DNA of 64,000 nt from an uncultured Nitrososphaeraceae archaeon (GTDB taxonomy: Archaea > Thermoproteota > Nitrososphaeria > Nitrososphaerales > Nitrososphaeraceae), in contig CAWGVG010000044.1 in the NCBI GenBank assembly GCA_963825865.1, forward strand, positions 13,818-77,817, in the 5' to 3' direction. Every line of letters begins with the position of its first letter. The first letter of the stretch is position 1. A program made the translations under genes and the position numbers. Positions 34,505-46,004 of this stretch are shown piece by piece. Below the pieces are notes generated by a model, which was given only the letters and a program-made list of their open reading frames with translations, made no database searches and was not told the origin of the DNA.

Positions 34505-36272
34505 TTACTTTACGGTAACCGATTTGGCTAGATTGCGAGGGTAATCAGGATCTGCATTTTTCTTGAGTGCTAAATAGTATGCTAGGATCTGCAATGGAAT
34601 AACTTCAACTAGGGGATAGAATGGATCTCTGACTTGTGGTATTTTGATAAAGTGATCGTAGATATCATTCTTTTTATCTGAAATTCCAATTATGGTAGCA
34701 CCTCTAGCTTTGATTTCATGAGCACTAGAGATTGTATCGTTGAACGTTGCATCTGATGGATTGATTACTATGACACTCGTGTTCTTATCTATTAATGCTA
34801 GCGGTCCATGTTTTAATTCACCAGCTGCAATGCCTTCTGCATGGATGTATGCTAGTTCCTTTATTTTCAACGCCCCTTCGAGGGCAATGGCATAGTGTAA
34901 TGACCTTCCCAAAATATAGATGTCTTTCACATCTTCTAGTGAATCTGCTATTTTTGATATATCGCTTTCTGTAGCAAGCAAGAGATCCATTGCTGTCATA
35001 AGGTCATGTTTGTTTAGCGCGATTCCCATACAACCATTACACAATCTATCCGTAATATTGTAAAGAACTGAAAGCTGTCCGGTAAAACTTTTTGTTGCTG
35101 CAACTCCAATTTCAGGCCCGCAATTTACACTAAGAAATGAATCGCTAATCCTAGATAGGGATGAAGTCGGAATATTGACAATTGAAAGTATCTTTGCTCC
35201 CATTTGTTTAGCTGTTTTAGCAGATTGCAAAACATCAGCTGTTTCTCCACTTTGAGAAATCGCAATTAACGCAGAATTACTGTCAATAGGATCAAGCGAG
35301 TATTGGAACTCGCTTGACATAATAGTTTCAGATCGAATTCTGGCAAATTTGGCAAAGATATGTTTCGCAATTAACGCAGAGTGATAACTTGTCCCACTTC
35401 CTGTAACGTATATGCTTTTTGCGGTTGACAGAATATTGCAAAATCTTTGCATACTATCCTCATCCTGATTTCCTGCTTCAATCATTGTACGACTTTGTTC
35501 GTGAATTTCTTTCAAAGTATGGTGCGTATATTTACCCTTATCTGCTGGAGCTAGTTCCCAAGCTACCTGCGTAATAGGACGTTTAATAGAAGAACCCTCA
35601 AAGTCAAATAACTCTAATTTTTCTTCATCAATAATAGCAATGTCCTTGTTGTCAAGGAAGATAGCTTTGTCTGTATACTCCAGAAATCCAAGGATATCGC
35701 TTGAAATGAAATATCCATCATCTACTAATCCAATTATTAATGGCTCGTCAAACCTTGCGCCACTAATAGTACCTTCTTCAAAAACTGCAACGAATGCATA
35801 AGTTCCAATTAATCTTTTACAAGTTTCAATCATTGCCTGTTTTACGTCATGTCGCTCTGCATAATGGACTTCTAGCAGATGTGCGATAACTTCACTTGTC
35901 TGTCTGACTTTTGAATCTATGACCAAGATGAACTAATTCTTCTTTCAATTTATTGTAATTTTCTATAATCCCATTGTGTACAACTGCAATATTATTGGTA
36001 CATGTATAATGTGGATGAGCATTTCTTTCTGTTACCCCGCCATGGGTTGCCCATCTAGTGTGTCCAATACCTATTTGGCCCGGCAGGTTTCTTAAATTTA
36101 GGGATTTACTTACTTCCCCCACTTTGCCTACGCCCTTTCGCATTAGAATTTTGCCGCTATCAATTGTAGCAATACCCACACTATCATAACCCCTATATTC
36201 CATTCGTTTAAGACTTTCAATCATCACAGGAGTCGCGAATAACTTTCCTCTGTATCCTATTATAGAACACAC
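34505..36272 (-). CDS. glmS: Glutamine--fructose-6-phosphate transaminase (one frameshift)
   Basis: [47 protein letters not shown]. Confidence 0.96.
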
Positions 36273-36443
36273 AATAATTATATAATTGTAAATCTTAAAA
36301 CGCTTATCAAAATAATAATATACCGTTATAAGGCTTTATATACTGCTCTAAAGCGTGATAGAGATACGCAATATAAAAAATTAAACAATCCTAGTAAATA
36401 CTGGTAAATAATAATATATAGTGGTTGAGATGATCAGTCACAT

Positions 36444-37401
36444 TTGCGAAAAAAGACTCTTGTAGACGATGGAAATGGCAGGCTTTTAGGCAAAGAAATA
36501 GTTATCTTTGACAATGTGGAACAAATGCGCATTATTTCTAGTCCTCTGGCCTGGAGGATAATGAAGCTATTATCAGGTAAATCTATGTATCCTGCACAAA
36601 TTGCAAAAGAGTTAAAAATTTACGAGCAGAGTGCATATTACTATATTCACAAGCTAGTAGGTATTGGCGTTGTAGAAGAAGTAGGAACAAAGCTTGTTAG
36701 GGGCGGTACTGCCAGGCTATATCGCTCCTTGAGTCCCTCTTTTGGTATAGAAATGGATTGTGGAGAAAAACAGATAGATTATCTAATGGGTGTCGAAAAG
36801 AAGTATCAATACGCACGTAAATTTTTTAGTGATTATATCATCAATAATTCATTCCATGGCCTCATTGTAGTTGGTGCACCCGACCCACATGGACCTTACA
36901 GATCGTCTGCAAGAGACGGACATTATGCCGTACAATTGGCATTTTTCTTGGGAACAATCTGCAATATTCCAGCCGAATTTATCGTTAAGCTTGATGCCGA
37001 CGCAAAAGCAGAAAAAGTTCTGGAGGATCGTAATTTGATTTCTATTGGTGGCCCTGGTACAGAATATCGTGACAGCAGAGTTTAACAGATACTTACCGAT
37101 AAAATTCAACGAAGAAAATTTTTGGTCAGGTTTGGTAGAGGGATCTGGCAAACTTTACAACTCAGACAATCACGGTTTAATAGCCAAGATAAAAAATCCG
37201 CATAGTAACAACGGGAATGTAATTATAGTTGCAGGAGTAAGATCTATAGGAACTAAATCTGCAGTCATTGCCTTGACGAATTATAGCGAAGAAATTTTAA
37301 GAAATTATCAATACCAAGACGAATGGGCTTTAGTAGTACAAGGATTCGATATGAACTCTGATGGAAAAATTGATCATGTGGATATTGTGTCAGTGTTTTA
37401 A
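36444..37401 (+). CDS. ArsR-like winged-HTH protein fused to a GGPxxN (S-layer-C-like) domain (one frameshift)
   Basis: MYPAQIAKELKIYEQSAYYYIHKL...GGTARLY; IVVGAPDPHG; NLISIGGPGT/NIVT. Confidence 0.75.
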
Positions 37402-37411
37402 GCAAAATGAT

Positions 37412-37905
37412 CTAAGAAGGGGAGGTAGGACCCATTGAGATATGCAATAAAATCTGCGGCTTTCTTCTCTTTTTACAAGGTAACCTGGAAGATTTACAAT
37501 TCTGTTTCCTAAGGAAACGTGGCCATGAACTACAATTTGTCGTGCTTGATGTGGTGATTTTGTGCCTCCTTTCTTCATTACTATCGTTTGAAGCCTTCTT
37601 TCAAGAAGGTCCTCGATCTTGAGGTTCAAAATATCGTCGAGTGTTGCAGATTCATTTACCAAACCAAGTCTATTCAGAGAGCTTAACAATCGTGTTTCTT
37701 TCTCATGTCTCACTTCTGTTGGAAGTGCGAGTAATGCCCGGGCTTGGTTTCTAAATCTAGCAACTTCTGTCTGTGCCTTCCATAGTTCGCGTTTATTTCT
37801 TAATCCATATGAACCTACGATATAAAGTTCGGCACCAAGTTGGTCAGTAGTCCATATTCTTCTTGGTCTATGGAATGTTTTTTTTGATTTACGCGGATCT
37901 CCCAC
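37412..37905 (-). CDS. rps4: 30S ribosomal protein uS4 (C-terminal frameshift)
   Basis: MGDPRK, YGLRNKRELW, LERRLQT, ARQIVVHGH. Confidence 0.95.
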
Positions 37906-37920
37906 ATCTGAACACTTTTA

Positions 37921-38520
37921 TTATTTTTTAACGGTCTCCCTTGAGGAGTCGCCGCCCGTTTTAGATGTTGATACACCACTGCTCGCTGCTTTGGCAATTT
38001 CTGTTGTCGATGCTGGCCCTGCTGTTCCAGCGACTGCTGTAGGTGCACCTGAAGGACCTCCAGGCATAGGTTTACCTGTCTTCTTGACACCTACTGCACC
38101 GCCTTTTCTTCCAGTTGTTCGGGTACACTGACCTCTTACTCTTAGACCAAACATATGTCTATATCCACGCCAACTCATTACGGCTTTTTCACGCTCAATA
38201 TCATTTGAGATTGCAAAGTCAAGATCGGATGTAATAAGGTGTCGATCAGAACCGGTATCCATATCTTTTCTTCTATTCATATACCAATCCGGCATTCCGG
38301 ATTTCGAGGGATTCTTAATAGCTGTATCAATGTCTGCCAACTCTCTATCTGTCATAAATCCAATACGCATGTTTGGATTCATATTTAGAGACTGAAGTAG
38401 TACTCGTGCAAAATTGTAACCGATACCTTTAACTTCGCTTAATGCAACAATCATTTTCTTGCTGCCCAGAATGTCCTTACCTGCGATTCTAAGGATGTGT
38501 TTATAGTCGAATGCTGACAA
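37921..38520 (-). CDS. rps13: 30S ribosomal protein uS13
   Basis: VKGIG, WRGYRHMFGLRVRGQCTRTTGR; low-complexity tail. Confidence 0.96.
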   Translation of the reverse strand: MSAFDYKHILRIAGKDILGSKKMIVALSEVKGIGYNFARVLLQSLNMNPNMRIGFMTDRELADIDTAIKNPSKSGMPDWYMNRRKDMDTGSDRHLITSDLDFAISNDIEREKAVMSWRGYRHMFGLRVRGQCTRTTGRKGGAVGVKKTGKPMPGGPSGAPTAVAGTAGPASTTEIAKAASSGVSTSKTGGDSSRETVKK

Positions 38521-38845
38521 ATTAAAGTCATGAAAGAGTGTCCGAAATAAAAACCATACTGGATTTATTATACTCGTGTCGCGGACTCTGTATTTGAAAA
38601 CTTCTCAATATTTCCACAAAAGTCAATACTCCACTCTAGTCATCTCTTTTAGTTGGATGTCGAAGATGTTTTATGAAAATTTTACACTATTACATTCGTT
38701 ATTAGGACTGTGAGCAATTACACAAAAATATAATGCCCAAAGATGTTAAAACAAATTTTTATTGTGATTATATTTATGCAACAAAAGTACCATTCTTTAA
38801 TTGATAATGTTTAAATTTGTCAGAAGAGCGTCAATTTTATGATTA

Positions 38846-40505
38846 ATGAGTTCTAAAAATGTAGAAGAGGGTGTACATCGTTCATACACTTCAAAGCCAA
38901 AATATACGGAATTAGTACCGGGCGTTCCTGAAGATTATAAACAGATCAAAACTCTGGGAGATTTACTAAAGATCAATTACAAACATGTTTCAGTTGAAGA
39001 ACAAATGCGTGGTAACCTCATTGTAAAAATGAAAAAAGGAGACCATCCATATTCAGGTATTATTGGTTATGAGGATGATGTTATTCCAGCATTAAACAGG
39101 GCTGTTTTGTCAGGTCATGACATGCTCATCATTGGACAAGTTGGACAAGCAAAGACAAAAATTGCAGAATCTATTGCCAAGAACTTGCTTTCATCGATTC
39201 CTGTAGTCCGAGGAACAATTACAAATGATATTCCAACTTCAATTCCTGAAAAACAGCTTATTGCTCTATTAAATGATTCAGAAGTTATTCGCGCTTCTCC
39301 TGAATTTAGTGTTTCTAGAGAATGTGAAGATATTATTAGAAACAACAAATTGGACACAAAACTCGACTGGATTGATGGCATAGATAGGTATAGATACATT
39401 CTTGCTACGCCGGATATTTCTGTCAAAGATCTAGTTGGTCAAATTGATGCGATCAAGATTGCCAAGAAAGGTGTTGAATTGTATAACATAGAATCATATT
39501 CTCCTGGTCAACTGTTGCAAGCACGACATGGAATTATGTGTATCGATGAGTTACCCGCATTAGATCCACGAAAACAAGTTGCGTTACTGAGCGTTCTACA
39601 GGAAGGCAAATTTACAACCGGATCATATCCTGTAGTTTTCAAGCCCGATACGAAAATTATCGCAACTGCTAATCCAATAGATTATACACATTCTGGCAAG
39701 ATTATCGAACCTTTGTTTGACAGATTGCGAAGCCACATAAATACTCACTATCCTAGAAATACTGCTGATGAGATACTTATTATTGTTCAAGAAGCGAATA
39801 TCGCTGATGCTAACAATGTATTTTTACCAATTTTTATTCTAAAGACGATGGCCACGATAACACAGTTAGCCAGAACCCATCATGATATTAATCATGACAC
39901 AGGTGTAAGTGTTAGAATGGGAATCCATTCTATGGAGCTTTTGGTCGGCGAAGCAGAGCGAACTAGATCAATAGTGCATTATGTAAAGGCGGTACCACGA
40001 TTTTGTGACCTTCACAGCATACACCAATCATCAAAGTTCGAGTTATCTGAAATGGAAGATAATCGTCAAAATAGAATAAATATATTGAATTCATTAATTA
40101 ATGACGCAATTAAGGAAGTTTCACTCCAATATGTTCAAAAGATATCTTCAGAACAAATAACGAAATTGAAAAATGAATTTATAAAAAATAAAGCATTTAT
40201 GGTATCTCAAGTTATTTTGGGCGATAAGAAATCCGATTTAGCTGATTATGAGTCACAGTTGGCTAAGTTCCCTAACTTAAAACAAGTATTAAACGAAACC
40301 GTGGTAGATATCAAAGATGAGCAGAAACAACTGGTGGAAAGAGCAAAACAGATTGGAATAAAAACCGATAATATATCCATAACACAGGATTTAGACGGCG
40401 AGTTTGCTGGCAGCAGTTACTGAATTGGTTCTAGAGGGTCTGAGATGGATCCATCCACCTTTACTTGATAGAAAGGATAACACCAACTATGTCCTCGCAC
40501 AGTAA
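38846..40505 (+). CDS. AAA+ ATPase of the ChlI/MoxR-related 'Mg-chelatase-like' family (frameshift near the C-terminus)
   Basis: GIIGYEDDVIP, Walker A GQVGQAKT, ATPDISVKDLVGQID, Walker B CIDELPAL, ATANPIDYT, DRLRSHINTHYP. Confidence 0.85.
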
Positions 40506-41888
40506 TAGTCCTAGTATTAAGCAATTTGTTTATTTTCCTCATGAAGGTGAGGATCAACAGCAAAAGAGAAACGAGGGACAAGGAGGTCGGAGTATATCAA
40601 ATGGCATACTCGATAAGTTGCTGAGTGCTGTTGGTAGAGAAGGTACTGAGGGAGAAGACCCCAAATCTATGGGAACTTGAACAAACTTTACAGGATGTCA
40701 TTTCAACTCATTACAAACAAACAGAGAAAAACAAACAACAGGAAAAGAATGGCCAAAACACGGATACCAAAGGTGCAGGTATACAGATGTCTGGAATGCC
40801 TCTAATAACACAGCTAATACAGAGAGGATACCTCAAAGATACCGGAAAATGGCTTAGCACACGAGGCTTTATAGATATCGGTGGAAAAATTTTAAACGAT
40901 GTTATGAAAGCCTTGAAAACAGGCGATTTTGGAATACATACTACGACAAGCCTAGGCTCAGGATCTTCTTGTATTGGATACAAACAAGAAATATGAACCG
41001 GGAGATGATATTCGACTTGTTAATGTTCCAAGTTCATTGCTGAACACCGTTCAGAGAGCAGCTAAGAAAGGTGGACAGATCAAAATTCCTTTGGATATAG
41101 ATTTAGAGGATTTGGAAGAATATGAAACGATGCAGGATGTTAGAGTGGCGCTAGTTTACTGTATTGACCTAAGCTCTACTATGCGTTATTCTTCTATGTT
41201 TGGAGATATGAGTAGAATTGAGGCTGCCAAAAGAGCACTTTGGAGTCTCTTTCTTTTAAATAGGAAATTTTTTCCATCAGATTCAATATACATTGTTGGT
41301 TTCGGAGCCCTAGCATCAAAAGTCTCCCCTCAAGATATTCCCTATCTAAAGACCTTTGAGCCAGGCTCTGACTTTTTGCACTATACAAATTATCAATCAG
41401 CTTTTCGACTGGCAAGCAAAATTCTGCAAAAAGATGGTGCGATAAATATGCGAATTATCCTGATAACTGATGGTCATCCCAGTGCTTGCTTTATTGATAA
41501 AAAAGAGGAACAGGATAAAATTTTGTCTCAAAGACCATATTCCCATTTCTATACTGCAAATAAAGAAACTCTTGATTCCATGAAGCAAAATCAAGGTATG
41601 AATCTTGATATCGCGTCAGGAGAGTTAGTCTATCTATGTTATCGTTATAGGCAGGTAGACCAGTATATTGGAGAAAGGACAATCTTAGAAGCTAAAAAAT
41701 GCCACAGAATGGGAATTGATATTGATACTATTATGATCAGCGAAGAAGATTCATTATTAGGTTATGTTAACGAAATGGCAAAACATGTTAAAGGCAGATC
41801 TTACTATATTAACCCAGGAATAATCGACAAGGTGCTCCTCACTGACTATTTAAGCAATAAAAAACAAACTATTCGAGCTCATTACTAG
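40489..41888 (+). CDS. VWA-domain protein, partner of the upstream ATPase (frameshifted)
   Basis: YEPGDD, MIDAS DLSSTM, YTNYQ, ITDGHPSA. Start overlaps the ATPase stop. Confidence 0.82.
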
Positions 41889-41961
41889 GTTAAGATGAGT
41901 AATATCAAATTTGATTAAAGGGATGATCATTGACAATTAGTTTTTATGTATAGATAGGTGA

Positions 41962-42777
41962 TTGCAGCAGAAGATGATGTTAGGAATCAATTATCTTGAC
42001 TGGAATAATGCTCTTAGTGTATTAAACAAGGCTTACGAAACAGGATTATTCGCTTTAATTATAGGTCCAAAGGGTACTGGCAAAACAACTCTTGTAAGAA
42101 AATTTGCATCCCAGATGAAAAAAGAACTATATTCCGTTAACTTTAGTCTTCGCACTCGTGAGTCGCACCTAATCGGTACCAAAACTCTTGATAAAGGAGA
42201 AATCAGTTTTGTCGAGGGCATACTTGTAAAATCGATGCGGGAAGGAAGTCTACTATACCTTGATGAATTAAATGCTGCAGAAGCAGACGTCTTGTTAAGG
42301 TTAGATGAAGCACTTGATGATAGAAGGCAGTTAGTACTAAAAGAAGCGGAAGGACAGATCATTAATGCTACTGCTGATTGGTTTGTAATTGCAACAATTA
42401 ATCCTTTATCACATGTTGGAACAAAAGAGTTGCCTCCTCAAGTTCTTAGCAGATTCCCCTTTAGGCTGAGATTAGATTACCCTCCTGAAGATATTGAGCT
42501 TGAGATTATTAATCAGCATACAACAGTCGATAATTCAAAAACAAACGATGTGAAACATGCAATTAAACTTGCAATGAGTTTGCGGGAAGCAGCGGCTTTA
42601 GAAGAATTATATTATAGTCCCAGTTTGAGGGAAACAATTGCTTTTGCAAAACTGCTTAATACAGGCATTGCTGCAAAGCAGGCAGCAGAAATTGTCTTCG
42701 CGAATGTTTATGAACAGTGGGGTGAAGTGGAATATCGAAAAGTTATGGATATGATAATATCTATTTTTGGCAACTAG
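41962..42777 (+). CDS. MoxR-type (CbbQ/NorQ/GvpN-like) AAA+ ATPase
   Basis: GPKGTGKT, LYLDELN, ATINP, SRF, YSPSLRE. Confidence 0.9.
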   Translation: MQQKMMLGINYLDWNNALSVLNKAYETGLFALIIGPKGTGKTTLVRKFASQMKKELYSVNFSLRTRESHLIGTKTLDKGEISFVEGILVKSMREGSLLYLDELNAAEADVLLRLDEALDDRRQLVLKEAEGQIINATADWFVIATINPLSHVGTKELPPQVLSRFPFRLRLDYPPEDIELEIINQHTTVDNSKTNDVKHAIKLAMSLREAAALEELYYSPSLRETIAFAKLLNTGIAAKQAAEIVFANVYEQWGEVEYRKVMDMIISIFGN

Positions 42778-42807
42778 TATTTCTGGAAACGGTTTAGAGT
42801 AAATGAC

Positions 42808-44371
42808 ATGATAATGCGAAATGACGTATTATTAGATATTGCAACCTTCTTGGCTAGAAGATGGTCTGGAAACCCTAAAATTGTTATAATATTAACGCAA
42901 GACAAAATTCCAATAGCAAAACCCGACAAAAATCAGATCATACTTCCACTTCTTAATTACTATCCCGGGACCGATCTTCAAAAATATCGGCAGTGGCGGG
43001 TTGCATTATGGTATGAATCAATGCGAATACGTTATTCAACAAAAGTTCTAAGCTATGAACACGCCTTTGGACTACTTCTAAATACTATTGAAACCAAGCG
43101 TGTCGAGCATCTTGGACTTCACGAATGGGAGGGAATAATAAACGAGCTCATTTTCAATGAGGGTATATCGTGGTTGTCACGTCCTCTTTTAAATTCAATT
43201 TATGGAAAATACAAGATTGCCGAGGCATTTTCCCAGTATTTTCTGACGGGGTATATTAAAGGTGAATTATATGGAAGCGAATACGAGAGGGTAAAGAAGG
43301 CTTCGGATCTCGCAAACCACATCGTCCAAGAAGCGATTAAAAATAATTATGGAACTGACTGGATAGAACAATATATACCTCAATTAATTAAAATGCTTGA
43401 AATAGATTCTCTTACATCGATTCCGATCCTTGCCCCAAGGACAAGAATTGGTATATCAATGAACCAAAGTGATCTGTTAAAACAAATAGAAAAAATGGTT
43501 AAAATAAAACACGGAAATAAAGATATTGACAAGACAACAAAAGAGATTGTTGAAGGAAACGAAGTTTTAAGTGAATTTGAAACTCTGATAAGGGAAAGTA
43601 AAAAAAATGAAAATAAAGGTTATGAGAGTTTGATAAATTTCGGTCTAAGTGTTCCTGAAAAAATGGATGTTGATGAAACACAAATTTACAACACCGATTT
43701 AATACAAAAGATAAAGGCCGCCTTCAGAGACTGGAGAAGTGGCTGGATAGAACTGCATGAAAAAACTGGCGAAGAATTTGATGCTGAAAGTTACGCTGAA
43801 ACATTACCCAAACTATTTTTGACAGACTTTAAACTTTCGATTAAAACAAAAGTTGCAATCCTGCTCGATCATTCCAGTAGTATTGAAGATGTAGAATTAG
43901 AATACAAACAAGCAACCATTGCTCTCTGTGAAGCACTGCATTATCTTGGAATAAAATTTGCAGTTTATGCTTTCAGGTACAGAAGCAAGACAGGTAAAAT
44001 GCTGGGTAATAAAACCACCAGCCATAAAATGGTCTGTAGTTAGTGCTCGAAGGTTAGTGCAAATAAAGGCAAGTGGAGGTACGCCTCTTGCAGAAATTTA
44101 TGGTTTATTACAGCCTGTTATAAAATCATTTAAGCCTGATATCATGGTGACTTTAACCGATGGTGAGCCATCTGATTTTAATGCAGTGCGAGGAATGGTT
44201 CTATCTTACAGAAAGATTGGCATAAATATGACGGCTCTTGGCGTAGGTAGAAACCTGAACGATTCAGTCAGTATAGCTCATAATCTAAAATACTTAAACT
44301 ATGAGAAAACTTTGGCTGTCAGTAGATTACAAGATATGCCAAAAAAAGTAATAAATTTGCTTCGAACCTAG
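42808..44371 (+). CDS. CbbO/NorD-like VWA protein (one frameshift)
   Basis: C-terminal MIDAS LLDHSSS, GGTPL, LTDGEP. Confidence 0.85.
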
Positions 44372-45033
44372 ATCATCAGTTCAGGATTTTCTTTCTTCAC
44401 TTTTTTCCAATCGGCAAGAAATGTGGCAAGACCTTTCTCTGTAAGTGGATGTAGCATCATTTTTCCCAGAATATCTGGAGGCAGTGTTACTACATGTGCT
44501 CCAATTTTCCCTGCTTCAATCACATGGAGCGGATGTCTTATGCTTGCCACAAGAATTTCGGTATTAAATTGATAGTTTTTAAAAATCTGAACAATGTCTT
44601 TAACGACTGTCATACCTTCCTCACCGATGTCGTCCAACCTCCCAATAAATGGACTTACATAAGATGCACCAGCTTTTGCCGCCAGAATTGCTTGGTTGGC
44701 AGAGAAAATAAGTGTGACATTGGTTTCAATCCCTTCTTTTTTCAACTTTTTGACCGCTTTCATGCCTTCTGGAATCATTGGAATTTTGACAATGACATTT
44801 TGACCATACTTCTTTAACTTATAAGCTTCTTCCAACATTTCTTCCACCTTTGTTCCTAACACTTCGAGACTCACAGGTCCCTTTACAATTTTGACAATTT
44901 CTCGCATTATTTCTGATGGATTCCCCTTCTCCTTTGAGAGAAGAGTAGGATTAGTTGTAACGCCATCGACAACTCCCATATCGTTATACATGTTGATAGC
45001 CTCTATATTGGCAGTATCAAGAAATATTTTCAT
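44368..45033 (-). CDS. tal: Transaldolase (short FSA/TalC type)
   Basis: MKIFLDTAN, GVTTNPT, VKIP, NVTLIFS, YVSPFIGRLDD. Confidence 0.93.
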   Translation of the reverse strand: MKIFLDTANIEAINMYNDMGVVDGVTTNPTLLSKEKGNPSEIMREIVKIVKGPVSLEVLGTKVEEMLEEAYKLKKYGQNVIVKIPMIPEGMKAVKKLKKEGIETNVTLIFSANQAILAAKAGASYVSPFIGRLDDIGEEGMTVVKDIVQIFKNYQFNTEILVASIRHPLHVIEAGKIGAHVVTLPPDILGKMMLHPLTEKGLATFLADWKKVKKENPELMI

Positions 45034-46004
45034 CTTTTGCTCCTACTTCTAGCTTCAATAACTGCCTGTGCTATTTCTTTTTCGGTTAGCCCATACTTTT
45101 CCAATAATGCATCAATTTCCTCATCTCTAGCGGATTCTCCAAATCTGTCGTGTATACCTACACGCCTAATTGGTACAGGATAACTCTCAGCGGATGCTTC
45201 AGTTACAGCACCCCCAAGTCCTCCAATAACATTATGCTCTTCGGCAGTCACGATTGCTCCTGTTTCTCTACCACTTTTTTCTACAAGATCTCTATCAATA
45301 GGTTTGATCGAAAACATGTCTACAACACGACACGAAATATCTTCTTCTCGCTTCAAAATCTCTGCTGCCTCCAAAGATCTTGCCACCATCAATCCGCATG
45401 ATATAATGGTTGCGTCTGACCCGTCGCGTAAAACATTTCCTTTACCTATATCGAATGCTGTTTCGTTTTCTGCATACAAGACCTCACTAGAGGGTCTCGC
45501 AAGCCTAACATAAAATGGACCGGGAGTCTGTGCTACCGTCTTGATCAAGTGTCCGACTGACACTGCATCAGCCGGGACAATTACTCTCATGTTTGGAATA
45601 GTTCTCATACTTGCAAAATCCTCAATTTGTTGATGCGATGCCCCATCTGGCCCTACAGTTAAGCCAGCATGCGAGACAACAAGTTTTACGTTGAGATTTG
45701 GATAACAAATAGTGTTACGAATTTGGTCTAGGCATCTACCAGGAAGGAAAGCTCCGTAGGTGCCGGCAAATGCAATTTTACCAGCTATAGCAAGACCAGC
45801 TGCTATGGAAACAAGGTTTGCTTCTGCAATTCCTACGTTGAACATTCTATCTGGATATTTATCTCCAAATTTTTTTGTCTTGAGGGAATCTGTAGTATCA
45901 GCTCCAACACAAACTACGTTGTGATGAGTTCTACCTATCTCTACTAACGTATCACCATAGATCCCTCTCATATCAGCGGTCTTTCTCTCACTACTTAACT
46001 GCAT
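45030..46004 (-). CDS. Transketolase, C-terminal subunit
   Basis: GIAEANLV, GPDGASHQ, EEHNVIGGLG. Confidence 0.93.
   Translation of the reverse strand: MQLSSERKTADMRGIYGDTLVEIGRTHHNVVCVGADTTDSLKTKKFGDKYPDRMFNVGIAEANLVSIAAGLAIAGKIAFAGTYGAFLPGRCLDQIRNTICYPNLNVKLVVSHAGLTVGPDGASHQQIEDFASMRTIPNMRVIVPADAVSVGHLIKTVAQTPGPFYVRLARPSSEVLYAENETAFDIGKGNVLRDGSDATIISCGLMVARSLEAAEILKREEDISCRVVDMFSIKPIDRDLVEKSGRETGAIVTAEEHNVIGGLGGAVTEASAESYPVPIRRVGIHDRFGESARDEEIDALLEKYGLTEKEIAQAVIEARSRSKR

Noticed and set aside
38846-41888. True magnesium or cobalt chelatase (ChlI/ChlD)
   Set aside because: No ChlH/CobN subunit in the window, and the sequences fit the stand-alone AAA/VWA family better. cobT is 14 kb away.
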